From a virus, in the IMG/VR virus record IMGVR_UViG_3300032268_001296, positions 48,198 to 112,197 of that record: 64,000 nt of DNA; one strand, 5' to 3'. The notes below the pieces were generated by a model that had not been told where the DNA came from, did not search any database, and worked only from the letters and a program-made list of their open reading frames with translations. The first letter of the stretch is position 1; each line of letters begins with the position of its first letter. Both the position numbers and the translations under genes were made by a program. This document shows, in pieces, positions 39,634-49,560 of this stretch.

Positions 39634-41626
39634 TTATTTTTTGAGAGTGATAGAGTAAAGCAGCTGAATAATCATCTTCTATTTGATGCTCAGAAGCTAT
39701 TTCTAGAACTTCTGGCATTGTTGATAAAGAGGCTATCTCGTCAAAGTTGTTTACACAAGAAGATGCGGTAGCTTCCCAACAATTTAATTCTTTAGAAACT
39801 GCTATTGAATGAGATAGCTGTTCGAGCATTTCGTGCTGTTGATTATTTAACTTTTTCAACTTTAACTTATTCTTTAGTTCTTTTTCCATGTTAGCTTTAA
39901 CAGCTTCGATATTCTTGATTACTGCTTGAATATTTTTTATAGAAAAATTGGCTTTTGTAATTGGTATGCCAGTTGTTCCCTCTGGTCTTCCTGCAACTTT
40001 ATTTGTTTGATTAACTGTTGATTTGTCAGTATTTGGATCTGTCGGAGGCGAAATAAGAGGAACGCCACCAACAATTGGATTATAATATCCGTCCTCTCTT
40101 TCTTTAACAAATCCCTCTTGAGCTGGAGCGATATCTTCCGCCTTTGGAAACTGTCCAGTATGAAACATTTCCATTCCTTGCTGTGGAGTAATGATTCCAA
40201 GCTCCATAAGGCGTGTAGAAACGCGCATAAGCTGAGTTTGATCTCTGATATCAATATCTCTGAAGTGAGCCGTAGGATAGTTTTTTAAGCCCATGTCCTT
40301 AGCTATTCTGCGAATCTCAGGTTGTAAGAAATCATTTAAGAATGCGTTTCTTGCTTCTTTTAATCTATCGATGAAAATTTGAGCTTTTACTTCTGTAGCG
40401 CTGTACTTTTCTTCACCGATAACAATGTTCTGAAGACCTTGTTTAATATCTTCATTCAAAACTTTGTATTTATCTGGACCAAGAACATTATTTAACTCTG
40501 GAATAACGAATTGAGCCTTAGTTGTATAATCAGAAATTAATACTCGGCCAACACTTTCGTTTTTGAATAATGTCTGCATCGCCATCAAGTTATTTTGATT
40601 GATACCTCCCTTATCAGGCTCAGCTCCCATGGTAATTAAGAGAATAACGTTTTCAACAGTTCTTGTGATGGCTTGATCCATCTTCTTTAACTCCATCTTA
40701 GCATTGATATCCTCTAGCACAGGATATCCAAATGGAACAGCAAATGGCTCGTAATCCTGCTTCTTATAAAAAGAGTATGTTAACTTTTTAGGATCAAGCT
40801 CAATTTTTAAACCATCTTGATAATACGCTCCTTTTTTGATGTCTTTTTTAACATCTGCTGGAAGACCATTCAAAATATCTTCATCTTCTTGTGTGATTGG
40901 ATTTTGAAGTCTAGCTAATTCATATTCAGATAGAATTTTTTCATACGCTCCAGTATTAAAGGTAGATCCTCTTTTTGCAACAACATCAAACGGATTTAAC
41001 AGAATATACTTTACGGGAATCTTATTTACCAGCGCAGGTAGATCTCCAATCTGTCGAGTGATCTTTGTAAAATCATCAATTTGGAATTTGCCATCAATTC
41101 TGTATAAGAAAATATTACCGCTTCTATAGTATTCGCGGAAGTATTGGTCTTTTAAATTCCATAGTTTAATTTTCTTAAACCATTCAGTAAAAAAGTCTTT
41201 GCTTTTTTGAGATCCTCCTTCAAAATAAATCTCTGTGTTCGCAAACTCAGCCATAATGTCAATAGCATTTCTAAATATAGCTATATTAGCATATGCTTTT
41301 TGACAAAGCTCGATTGCTTCGCGCACATTAACTCCATCCATCGCATAGCTGTAGGGAAGTAGTCCATTTCTTATGCTACTGAATCTATCAATCGTTCTAT
41401 TAATCGCTGATCTATTGATTCTGCTGCTGCTTTTTTCTGTGTTTGCTGATCTTGCATAAGAAGCTTTAGATACTCCCATAGAAGCACTGGAAACATAAAA
41501 CGGTTCTCCACATAATTCAGGCTCGTATTGAGGTTGAGCATTAAAATTCGGCAAGTTATTTTTTGACTGGCTTAAATTATCCCAATACTGAGATTTTTTA
41601 TTGTATTTGCGCTTTGGCTGTTGCAT
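39623..41626 (-). CDS. portal protein
   Basis: FRNAIDIMAEF, FREYYRSGNIFLY; follows terminase. Confidence 0.8.
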   Translation of the reverse strand: MQQPKRKYNKKSQYWDNLSQSKNNLPNFNAQPQYEPELCGEPFYVSSASMGVSKASYARSANTEKSSSRINRSAINRTIDRFSSIRNGLLPYSYAMDGVNVREAIELCQKAYANIAIFRNAIDIMAEFANTEIYFEGGSQKSKDFFTEWFKKIKLWNLKDQYFREYYRSGNIFLYRIDGKFQIDDFTKITRQIGDLPALVNKIPVKYILLNPFDVVAKRGSTFNTGAYEKILSEYELARLQNPITQEDEDILNGLPADVKKDIKKGAYYQDGLKIELDPKKLTYSFYKKQDYEPFAVPFGYPVLEDINAKMELKKMDQAITRTVENVILLITMGAEPDKGGINQNNLMAMQTLFKNESVGRVLISDYTTKAQFVIPELNNVLGPDKYKVLNEDIKQGLQNIVIGEEKYSATEVKAQIFIDRLKEARNAFLNDFLQPEIRRIAKDMGLKNYPTAHFRDIDIRDQTQLMRVSTRLMELGIITPQQGMEMFHTGQFPKAEDIAPAQEGFVKEREDGYYNPIVGGVPLISPPTDPNTDKSTVNQTNKVAGRPEGTTGIPITKANFSIKNIQAVIKNIEAVKANMEKELKNKLKLKKLNNQQHEMLEQLSHSIAVSKELNCWEATASSCVNNFDEIASLSTMPEVLEIASEHQIEDDYSAALLYHSQKINEN

Positions 41627-41668
41627 TTATATATTTTACACCAAAAGTTTAAAAGTTAACTTTAAAAG

Positions 41669-43528
41669 TTAATTAATAAACATTGGAGTGAATGTTGCTT
41701 GAGTGTTTTCAACTGGAGACGCCATCATGTCATAGTATAAATTCATCATCCAATTTCCTAGAACCAATGTAGAGTAAGAGTCTTTTCTTGCTTTGTCAGC
41801 TCCTCTTTGTTTTTTAAGGTTTGCTGGTAAATCAAAACTTTGAGTACCTTGGCTTGAGCTGGTTACTTGAATTAAAGCACATTGAACTTTAATCATGTCA
41901 ACGTTATCTTTTAAATGCTCAATAAAATCAATCATTTTTGCACCCGACTCTTTCTCGCCTTCTATTCTAGAGTATTTTAAATCTGCAATTGGAATATTGG
42001 CGGATTTTTGTTTGGAGAAATCATCATTCATAGCCATGCTCGCAAACCATATTTTTTTATGATCAAATGCCGATTGTAAAAGCTCGTTTGCATATCTAAT
42101 CCAGAAAGAGCTTGGTTTTCTTAAGAATACTATTCTTCTGCTTTCTAAATTGTATTGATTTCTAGCATCTCGCAAAGCTTTATCATATTCTTGGGTGTTG
42201 TCTAAATCAGCGTCGAAACAATCTAGTTTAAAATTATTCTTTTTGAATAACTCGCTTTCGTTGCAGGAATTCAAAAATTGAACTCCACCGTTATAGTCTC
42301 CAACAACAGCAACAACGTTGAAGTGTTTCATTAAGTAATAAAAATACTCAATGTGCCTTTTTAGATTCGTTCCAGAAAGCGCGTAGGAATGCACTACAAC
42401 GCCTGTTCTTTGATCTGGGATAAGTTTGATGACTTGCATCGAGAAATCGTCTGAGCCATCGCTCTCGGACCAAGAAGGGTCGAAAGAAACAATATACTTG
42501 GCTTTTGGATCTCCTATAACTTCGACACACTGCCCTTCTCCGTCGATTATAGTGCATTGTGACATCTTACTAACCTTGAAGTATCCCGAACTATCATCAG
42601 TGAATACAGAGCCGAATTCTCGCTCAAATTGAGCAACGCTCATTGTTGCTTTAGATTGGTCCAAAAGGTTTGCATCATAAAGCTGTTCAGGAGCGCAATC
42701 ATAACTCAAATGCATAATTACTCGATGAGCTTTATCCTTTTGGTCTGGATTCATTATCAGATTTTCATACTGCAAATAAAGCTTATATAAATATTCAAAT
42801 CTATAACTTGCAGATGAAAGTCCAATGATTTTGTTATGAGGCCAAATATGACGCTCAGATTCTTCCATTTTGCCTTCTTTTATAAGCTTGGTTTCCAAGT
42901 CGTAAACTTGTTGTCTTTCAGTTGGATTTTCTACAACAGCCAAGAACGGCAAAATAACTTCATTTAGAATTTTTTCTGGCATCAAAAGAAGCTCGTCAAT
43001 AATCATTCTTTGGAATCTGAAACCACGAAGCTTTTCTCCATCGCCTAATGGCAGAGCTGTAATTTTACTTCTGCCAATTTCCATGACCCATTCATCATTG
43101 CTTTTAGATATTCTGGTAATACATTGAGATAGTAGAGAGGCTTTCGGACTCTTAGCGATATCTTCAATCTTTCTAAAAATCATCTTAGACTGTCTGAACG
43201 ACTTACTAATAATCCCGATATGAACACCTTGATTAAATATCGCATCTAAAATAGCAAATACAGCTGTGGAGAATGACTTTGAAAGACCTCGACTCCAAAT
43301 ACCCAAAAAGTAATCTGTTTCCATCATCGCTTTAATTGCCATGTGCTGGAATGGAAATAGACTTACCCCAGTAATTAATTCTGAAGAAAAAGATGGATTT
43401 TCTCGCAAGAACTTATACAAAAGAACCTTTGCTTTTTTTTCATCAATGAATCCTTTACAATCAATGATTTCTTGATTTATATTCTTGAATTTTTTATTTA
43501 ATTTTTGCGATCCTTCGTGCCAACTCAT
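41669..43528 (-). CDS. terL: terminase large subunit
   Basis: LFPFQ, Walker A SRGLSKS, LRGFRFQRMIIDE, IIGLSSA, FEREF, nuclease SFDP and RKDSYS. Confidence 0.9.
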   Translation of the reverse strand: MSWHEGSQKLNKKFKNINQEIIDCKGFIDEKKAKVLLYKFLRENPSFSSELITGVSLFPFQHMAIKAMMETDYFLGIWSRGLSKSFSTAVFAILDAIFNQGVHIGIISKSFRQSKMIFRKIEDIAKSPKASLLSQCITRISKSNDEWVMEIGRSKITALPLGDGEKLRGFRFQRMIIDELLLMPEKILNEVILPFLAVVENPTERQQVYDLETKLIKEGKMEESERHIWPHNKIIGLSSASYRFEYLYKLYLQYENLIMNPDQKDKAHRVIMHLSYDCAPEQLYDANLLDQSKATMSVAQFEREFGSVFTDDSSGYFKVSKMSQCTIIDGEGQCVEVIGDPKAKYIVSFDPSWSESDGSDDFSMQVIKLIPDQRTGVVVHSYALSGTNLKRHIEYFYYLMKHFNVVAVVGDYNGGVQFLNSCNESELFKKNNFKLDCFDADLDNTQEYDKALRDARNQYNLESRRIVFLRKPSSFWIRYANELLQSAFDHKKIWFASMAMNDDFSKQKSANIPIADLKYSRIEGEKESGAKMIDFIEHLKDNVDMIKVQCALIQVTSSSQGTQSFDLPANLKKQRGADKARKDSYSTLVLGNWMMNLYYDMMASPVENTQATFTPMFIN

Positions 43529-44463
43529 TTTAAATTCCTTTCGTAATAGTTCATTGCTCCTGTATCTAAGAAATATTGTATGTCAGTATTCCATAACTTT
43601 TTTCCATTAACTAATAACTTAGGAATTAGAATCTGACTATTGCTTCTATTTCCGCTAAAAACAAACTGGCAGCAATCTCTGTACTCAGACTGAATTTCTC
43701 TCATGTTATGAAATGCATAATCAAGATTATATCTCTTGGGAGAGTAGAGGTTTCTTTCTGCCATTTTGTAAAGATTACTTTCTGTCACAACAAAAAGATA
43801 ACATCCAAGATCTCTGCATCTCTGTAACTCTCTTCTAAATCTTTTATACTCAACGGTCATTGTTGAGCAAAAATCAGCAAATGACTTTCTATCTACATAA
43901 GTATAATTATAATCTTCGCCGCCAACTGCATAATCTCCAACATCAAGTTTTAGCTTTTCTGAATTTTTAAATTCTAAAGGTTGCTGCTCTCTAGTATCTA
44001 TATAAATCTTGATATTGCGAAAATCAGAGTGAAATGATTTCGGCAAATTTGCATTAAACATAGGTTCAATGTCACAAGCTTTACAAGCATTTGAATAGCT
44101 TCCAAAAAACTTCTTATATAGCTGTATAGTAGGTAAACTGGAAGTGAAAAGTTCAATAGTATTCGGGCCATATTTTAATTCTTTCTTTTTTATTCTGTTT
44201 TTCAAGCAAGAAATTATATACGGTTGGACTTCGTTAGCTGGAGCAGACTCGCACCATTCTATTAACTGCTTATAATTTGAGAAATCTTTCTCAAAATAAT
44301 CTTCATAGTTTTTAAATTGCAATAAGTCTCCAGAAAGCTTATTTCTTCTTGCAAAATGTTTTACATAGTAATCTCCTAAGATCATACCATGCTTTTTAAT
44401 ATGAGCATGTAAGCTTTTTAGTGAGCCAAAAGACTCTTCGCATTCTTTACAATCAAATGACAT
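43525..44463 (-). CDS. C2H2 zinc finger plus ERCC4/XPF-type nuclease
   Basis: CKEC..HAHIKKH; IYIDTREQQP, VGDY, VDRKSFADF, ELQR. Confidence 0.8.
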   Translation of the reverse strand: MSFDCKECEESFGSLKSLHAHIKKHGMILGDYYVKHFARRNKLSGDLLQFKNYEDYFEKDFSNYKQLIEWCESAPANEVQPYIISCLKNRIKKKELKYGPNTIELFTSSLPTIQLYKKFFGSYSNACKACDIEPMFNANLPKSFHSDFRNIKIYIDTREQQPLEFKNSEKLKLDVGDYAVGGEDYNYTYVDRKSFADFCSTMTVEYKRFRRELQRCRDLGCYLFVVTESNLYKMAERNLYSPKRYNLDYAFHNMREIQSEYRDCCQFVFSGNRSNSQILIPKLLVNGKKLWNTDIQYFLDTGAMNYYERNLK

Positions 44464-45505
44464 CTTCTTGAGAAATTCCTAAAATTCTACTCTTCCATTC
44501 TGGCATACCCTCTAAGCGATGAGCTTCTTCTTTAACGAGAGCTTTTTGCATCTCCGCAATCTTAACCATGTTAAGACGCTCTTCTTCATCTTGAAAATAT
44601 TGAATCAAAGAAAGGATAGAGGCATTTTCTTTATGCTTGCTTTTCATGCGCTCAGCACGATCACCCTGAAGCTTTTTTGTTAAATTTTCAATTCGAGTTT
44701 CGCACTGATGATACTCTGAACTTTTTGCTTTAATAATTTCCGACAAACGAACACTCATTTCCTCTTGATCGTTTGTGATATCAAATATATCATTTAACTT
44801 ATTTAAATGTTTGCTAACAACTTCTAGATTAACGATTTCCTTACACACATTCATGTATAAGTTAATTTCATCTGCTGTTAAATCTGGCTTATCCCAAGTT
44901 AAACGAATAAACTCTTGCTCAAATAATTCCCGATCTTCTTTTGATGTATAATTATTAACAATTTTCAAAAATCTTGAGTTATTTAAATTAACACCAAGCC
45001 TCTCTACGCACACTTTATGTTGCCTATTAATCTTATCTTCCTGCAATTCACTACCAGTTGCGTCGTTGATCTTTTTAACGATTCGGCTCGTCGATTTCGG
45101 CGCTACATAACTACTCAAGCCAACATCACTATCTTGCGATGGAGAATAGTCTGGATTGATTTCTTTTATCACCGAGTAAACTGCTCTTTGTTCCAGCGAA
45201 AGAGGTTTCACCTCTCTATCTGGAAATAGAATTTCAGCAATACGCAAGGAAGAAGAACCTGCGTTAGCATGTTCAACGATAAAGCTTACTTGCTCCTTTG
45301 TGAATTCAATGCCTTCCTTTTTTTTGCGAGTAGAAGTTTTAAACTTCAATCCAGTTTCGATCATATAAGATCGAATAAGTCTTCCTTCTTTGCTTCTTCC
45401 ATCGATTTCTGGATTATCGAATACAATACGAACGATCTCGTTAAGATCGGTTGTTTTGCGGTAAGTGCTTTTAATAAGTTCTTTTTGTTCGTCGGTTAGA
45501 TTCAT
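44453..45505 (-). CDS. hypothetical protein (possible terminase small subunit)
   Basis: 350 aa with HTH-like SSLRIAEIL and coiled-coil C-terminus; upstream of terL. Confidence 0.4.
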   Translation of the reverse strand: MNLTDEQKELIKSTYRKTTDLNEIVRIVFDNPEIDGRSKEGRLIRSYMIETGLKFKTSTRKKKEGIEFTKEQVSFIVEHANAGSSSLRIAEILFPDREVKPLSLEQRAVYSVIKEINPDYSPSQDSDVGLSSYVAPKSTSRIVKKINDATGSELQEDKINRQHKVCVERLGVNLNNSRFLKIVNNYTSKEDRELFEQEFIRLTWDKPDLTADEINLYMNVCKEIVNLEVVSKHLNKLNDIFDITNDQEEMSVRLSEIIKAKSSEYHQCETRIENLTKKLQGDRAERMKSKHKENASILSLIQYFQDEEERLNMVKIAEMQKALVKEEAHRLEGMPEWKSRILGISQEDVI

Positions 45506-46176
45506 AATATGATGTCATATTCTCTAATGATTGCTTCGGCTTTTTGCTTAAGCATTTTTTTTAGGTTTTTGATTTGTTTGTAGCCTGCTTTTCTGTTTTT
45601 CTCATTGCTTTTATAACCCATGAATTTAGCAACTTCTTCTTCGCTTTTATGTTCAAAGAAAAGCATTATGTATACCGTGTAATGAGGTTCGGAAAGTTGG
45701 CACTTTAGCAGTTCGTTTAATTTTGAAACAGAATCAGAAAAGTCTACGTTCGAATCTTGTTTTCGATTTATCTCCTGAGCGTGGTTTTCCATTGGTAATG
45801 GAAGCTTAACACCATATCCTGATTGTTTTTGCTTTGTCCACTTTAAGTAATCTGCGCATGATGAGTTTTGTGTTCCATTTTTAGTCATGGCGCAAAGATT
45901 ATCTCCCATATTAAACTTACACTGCATACAAGGCTTTACATAATTTGTATAATTGTTGCGAATGATGTTTTTAATTTGATTCGATGTTATTCTAGCAATC
46001 CAAGGCTCAAGCGGCTTTGATTGATCCCACATGCTCCATTTGTTATATATGTGGATTTTTATTATTTGGGAAACATCGTCGAAATCAAACCAGTTGATAG
46101 CTTTTAATTGCCACTTCTTTCTAAAGCGCTGAATAACAGCATCTATCACCAAAGAATAGTCTTCGTATTTTTTCAA
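45502..46176 (-). CDS. second phage sigma70-family factor with Cys insert
   Basis: DFDDVSQII, WDQSKPLEPWIARITSNQIKN (region 2), CMQC..C..C, SEEEVAKFMG (HTH). TTG start inferred. Confidence 0.7.
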   Translation of the reverse strand: MKKYEDYSLVIDAVIQRFRKKWQLKAINWFDFDDVSQIIKIHIYNKWSMWDQSKPLEPWIARITSNQIKNIIRNNYTNYVKPCMQCKFNMGDNLCAMTKNGTQNSSCADYLKWTKQKQSGYGVKLPLPMENHAQEINRKQDSNVDFSDSVSKLNELLKCQLSEPHYTVYIMLFFEHKSEEEVAKFMGYKSNEKNRKAGYKQIKNLKKMLKQKAEAIIREYDIIL

Positions 46177-46180
46177 ACTA

Positions 46181-46540
46181 TTATTCACGACGAGTTTTGC
46201 TGCTAACGAAATCATCAACGCTAGAAGCTTTTCTGCGTCTGGTAGTTCTTGGCTCGTTGTTAGATTGGCCAAAAATAGAACCTAAAGAAAAACAATTAGA
46301 TTCAGAGTAATTTTCAACTTCTACTTGCAACTTTCTAATAGAAGGAACATATTCAGCATCTGAATTTTCGGGATCGAAATTTTCTTCATCTTCGTCTTCA
46401 TATTCAGAAGCTCTGGTTTTGGAATTTGTAGGTTTGGCTAAAGAAAGTCCTAGTGAACTACCACAGCCCGAACAAAATTTAGGCTTAGAATAATTATAAG
46501 AATGCTTCATGCCGCAATTTGGACAAAACATAGAATTCAT
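46181..46540 (-). CDS. zinc-ribbon protein
   Basis: FCPNCG..KPKFCSGCG. Confidence 0.75.
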   Translation of the reverse strand: MNSMFCPNCGMKHSYNYSKPKFCSGCGSSLGLSLAKPTNSKTRASEYEDEDEENFDPENSDAEYVPSIRKLQVEVENYSESNCFSLGSIFGQSNNEPRTTRRRKASSVDDFVSSKTRRE

Positions 46541-46593
46541 ACTATTATAATGCAATTATATAGTGTTTTTTCTAGTTATTTTTTTCGACGAAA

Positions 46594-46653
46594 AGACAAG
46601 GCTACCACCTGTATATTTAAGCATCCGCTGCGTGCGTTGTGGTAGCCTTGTCT
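46594..46653 (-). ncRNA. candidate small structured RNA or long hairpin
   Basis: Perfect 15-bp inverted repeat AGACAAGGCTACCAC / GTGGTAGCCTTGTCT around 30 nt, starting 8 nt after a GTGTAA motif. Confidence 0.4.
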
Positions 46654-46661
46654 ATATGTAT

Positions 46662-47390
46662 TTACACTGCTGCTCCGATTTTTTCCAATTTAGACACTAA
46701 AAACTTAAGAATTTCACTACGCACAATATCGTTATGATTAAACATGAAAGTTTGAACTCCTTTGTCTTTGCTTTCTTTATCGTTAAACAAATTGAAGATA
46801 TTTTTGAAGCCTGAGCGCTGCCCGATATCGCTTTGCATGATGTCGCCGCAGATGATAAGCTTAGTGCCTTCGCCTACTCTTGTGATAAGAGTGGTAAGTT
46901 CTTTTAAAGTGAAGTTTTGGCATTCATCAGCAACAACAATCTTGTCTGTCCAGCTTGCTCCGCGCAAAAAGTTAATTGGCACAGCACTGATCATTTCTTG
47001 TTTTTTTAACCAAGCAACATCTTGCGGCTGAACAATTTCTTCAAGCTTGTCGTATAAAGGCATTAAAAACGGATCAAACTTTTCCGCAATATCTCCTGGT
47101 AAACTTCCAAGTCCTTTGTCTGCACTTTCAGCAATGCTTCGAACATACAACAATTCCTTATCTCGATCTGCCGCCATAATCTGAATCGCGGCATAAATCG
47201 CCATGTATGTTTTAGAAGATCCTGCGGGTCCAGAAACAAAAATGATAGAATTGTCTGGATTCAATATGATATTTAAGAATTGAACTTGTTTGTCTGTAAA
47301 TTTGAATTTACGGGCTTTTGTTCTGATCTTATGTTCTAGTTGAGGGTGGAACTCAAGAGAACCCGACTTGTCGAGTTTTTTCTTTGCCAT
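46662..47390 (-). CDS. phoH: PhoH-family ATPase
   Basis: GPAGSSKT, LGSLPGD, FLRGASW, ADECQN, TRVGEG..ICGDIMQSD, DIVRS. Confidence 0.93.
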   Translation of the reverse strand: MAKKKLDKSGSLEFHPQLEHKIRTKARKFKFTDKQVQFLNIILNPDNSIIFVSGPAGSSKTYMAIYAAIQIMAADRDKELLYVRSIAESADKGLGSLPGDIAEKFDPFLMPLYDKLEEIVQPQDVAWLKKQEMISAVPINFLRGASWTDKIVVADECQNFTLKELTTLITRVGEGTKLIICGDIMQSDIGQRSGFKNIFNLFNDKESKDKGVQTFMFNHNDIVRSEILKFLVSKLEKIGAAV

Positions 47391-47413
47391 TCATATATAT
47401 TTACACGCACAAA

Positions 47414-48211
47414 TCAAAGAACGATCTCTCTTAATGAAATATCTCCTGCTAAAATGCCTCCTTCTTCCATGGAAATATTTTGAGAAACAATGCGCGAATT
47501 TGATGACATGGATAAAGGCTGAATAAATATAGAGCTATTATCATCAGCTTTAACGTCTATACTTATCACATCTCCATATCCAGTATAATCAATAAAATTG
47601 CCTATGTTTGTTGCTTTGATTGATAATTCTTTTTCAACACTGTCTAAAAACATTTTTTGAGCAAACTTTTCCCCCAAATTAAATACAGGAGTTCTATTAC
47701 AAGAAACTTGGTAAGATATGGAAGAATAGTTTTTATCAGATAGTAAATCGCCATTAGTGATTAATGTTTTGTACCCATGAGATAAAGAGCTGCTTGGAGG
47801 TTCATTTGTGGTGCCAACAAACGGTTGATTGATTGGGGGATTGTTGCTTATAAATTCCGCAGAGATTAAGATCGGCGCAAATGGAGATATATCAATTCTT
47901 GCGCTACTGCAATAACAAGAAGAGAATTGTGATGATCCTATTTTTAATAAAGCTGCTCTATCTCCAGTAAGAGCCTCAAACAAAAGACTTGGAAATGGAT
48001 ACTGACTTGGTTTATCTGCCACCATATTAATAGATATTTTTGTAGCGGTAGGTCCACCAATTCGGAAGTTATTGTTTTGATTTGGAGCTAAAATGCGAGA
48101 TGGTTCTAAAGATGCTGCATAAGATATGCTTACAGATTTTGCGACAGCGAAATAATCTTCTCCAAAATATTCTGCAATCACTGGTACTTGATTGTGTTTT
48201 ATTACTGGCAT
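47414..48211 (-). CDS. tail-tube-fold paralogue outside the tail cluster
   Basis: ISYQVSCNRTPVFNLG resembles FDYSIKIDRIPIYSIG of 20481-21272 and LSIPLSRSPLQRLG of the tube. Confidence 0.5.
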   Translation of the reverse strand: MPVIKHNQVPVIAEYFGEDYFAVAKSVSISYAASLEPSRILAPNQNNNFRIGGPTATKISINMVADKPSQYPFPSLLFEALTGDRAALLKIGSSQFSSCYCSSARIDISPFAPILISAEFISNNPPINQPFVGTTNEPPSSSLSHGYKTLITNGDLLSDKNYSSISYQVSCNRTPVFNLGEKFAQKMFLDSVEKELSIKATNIGNFIDYTGYGDVISIDVKADDNSSIFIQPLSMSSNSRIVSQNISMEEGGILAGDISLREIVL

Positions 48212-48531
48212 TTTTTTTATTTTTTGGTTTTCCGAAAAAGGGTGTGTTTATTTTTTTTACACTTTTATTTGAGTGAATGTCGATGAGGGTGCTACGTTTT
48301 CGAACAATGGGGGGAGGGGTATGGTTTGGTAGGATTGGGGAGGGGAGATTGAAAAAAGGCACCCCCCGCCCTTTTCGCAACTCTGTGATAGATTTTTTTT
48401 TGAGAAATGGGGGGGTGTCAAGCACGAAGCAAGAAATGCGCAGTGTTTTTTTCGTCGGAAAATACAAAGAAAAGCTTGTCACAAGGTCCGCTTTCGCGTT
48501 ACTCTGCTGCCGCGCCGAGCGCATCACCACC

Positions 48532-48801
48532 ATGACCACCACCACCGTCACCACCACCGTCACCACCACCGTCACCACCACCACCGCGCCTTCGCTGGTT
48601 TCGATTGCCAATCGCATTTCCAAAGCGGTTGCAACCAAGGGGGAATGCTATGCAAGCAAATTCGGGCGAATGACTGCATTCATGACGCTTTTGGGAATCG
48701 ATCTTGAGGTTTATTCTCAAGATGGAAGCATCTCCCGCGAAAAACTTTTCGAGATCTTGGAGGCTCTCGCCACCCAAGCGGAAGCTCAAGAGTCTATCTG
48801 A
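48532..48801 (+). CDS. small early protein with Thr-rich N-terminus
   Basis: MTTTTVTTTVTTTVTTTTAPS from a 12-bp ACCACCACCGTC repeat; start corrected using the promoter at 48476-48505. Confidence 0.7.
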   Translation: MTTTTVTTTVTTTVTTTTAPSLVSIANRISKAVATKGECYASKFGRMTAFMTLLGIDLEVYSQDGSISREKLFEILEALATQAEAQESI

Positions 48802-48811
48802 TGACATAAGT

Positions 48812-48837
48812 GGGAGATAGGCGAAAGCCTATCTCCC
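48812..48837 (+). terminator. GAAA-tetraloop hairpin without U-tract
   Basis: GGGAGATAGGC-GAAA-GCCTATCTCCC. Confidence 0.55.
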
Positions 48838-49130
48838 GTTCATATGTCTTGTAACTCATTGATCTTTAAGTAGTTACAACAGCTGCAACTCACTGAAAAT
48901 CAACGACTTACATCGAAACGACCCCCGAGGGGGCCGCGTCTGCGTAAGTCGTTGATACTAAGCGACTTACGATCTTTGCAACTCGTTGAAAACCAACGAC
49001 TTGCGTCATGACACAAAAAGGTCTTTATGCCTACTCGTCAAGCACGAAGCAAGAAATGCGCAGTGTTTTTTTCGTCGAAAAATACAAAGAAAAGCTTGCA
49101 ACAAGTCGGTTCATGTCCTACTCTCTGCGC

Positions 49131-49316
49131 ATGGTTATTCCGACCGCCACCACCGCCGCCGATGAAGCCGCCCTCGCTCTCGACATCGAAAAAGAAATGC
49201 AGCGTATCTCTGCCATGAGTAATGAAGAGTTTGTGAATGAGTTCATGAACGGCAAAGATTACCCATACGGGGAATGCGATCCATACGAGAACTACAACTG
49301 GCGAGACGACCGCTAA
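49131..49316 (+). CDS. small acidic early protein, leaderless
   Basis: ATG 6 nt after TACTCT (49119-49124). Confidence 0.7.
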   Translation: MVIPTATTAADEAALALDIEKEMQRISAMSNEEFVNEFMNGKDYPYGECDPYENYNWRDDR

Positions 49317-49324
49317 GTCAAGAA

Positions 49325-49352
49325 AAATCGCTCCGAAAGGAGCGATTTTTTT
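49325..49352 (+). terminator. intrinsic terminator
   Basis: ATCGCTCC-GAAA-GGAGCGAT-TTTTTT; identical hairpin at about 51380-51405. Confidence 0.85.
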
Positions 49353-49413
49353 GTGCCTTTTCCAGAAAAAAAAACTTGACAAAATGAAAAAAAATTGTAA
49401 TGGGTGCGAATCC

Positions 49414-49560
49414 GTAAGTCGTTGAGTATCAATGAGTTACGCAGAAACGGCCCCCTGCGGGGGCCCCATCGATGTAAGTCGTTGAGTATCAATGAGTTAC
49501 GCAGAAACGGCCCCCTGCGGGGGCCCCATCGATGTAAGTCGTTGAGTATCAATGAGTTAC
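49414..49560. repeat. exact 60-bp tandem duplication (palindrome plus 33-bp core)
   Basis: Two identical 60-bp units followed by a third palindrome. Confidence 0.95.

Larger units (their letters stand above)
9956..48262. promoter_or_regulatory. dispersed putative phage-specific (late) promoter motif GTGTAAW
   Basis: Lowest coordinate of each copy: minus strand 9956, 12351, 13358, 18341, 29571, 35300, 41636, 46662, 47401, 48257; plus strand 31652 and ATGTAA at 33596. Most lie 8-12 nt upstream of an ATG. Confidence 0.75.

Noticed and set aside
49414-49560. CRISPR-like array (27-bp palindromic repeats with 33-bp spacers)
   Set aside because: The two spacers are identical and belong to the conserved GC core family, the repeats are dispersed across 11 kb, and no cas genes are present.
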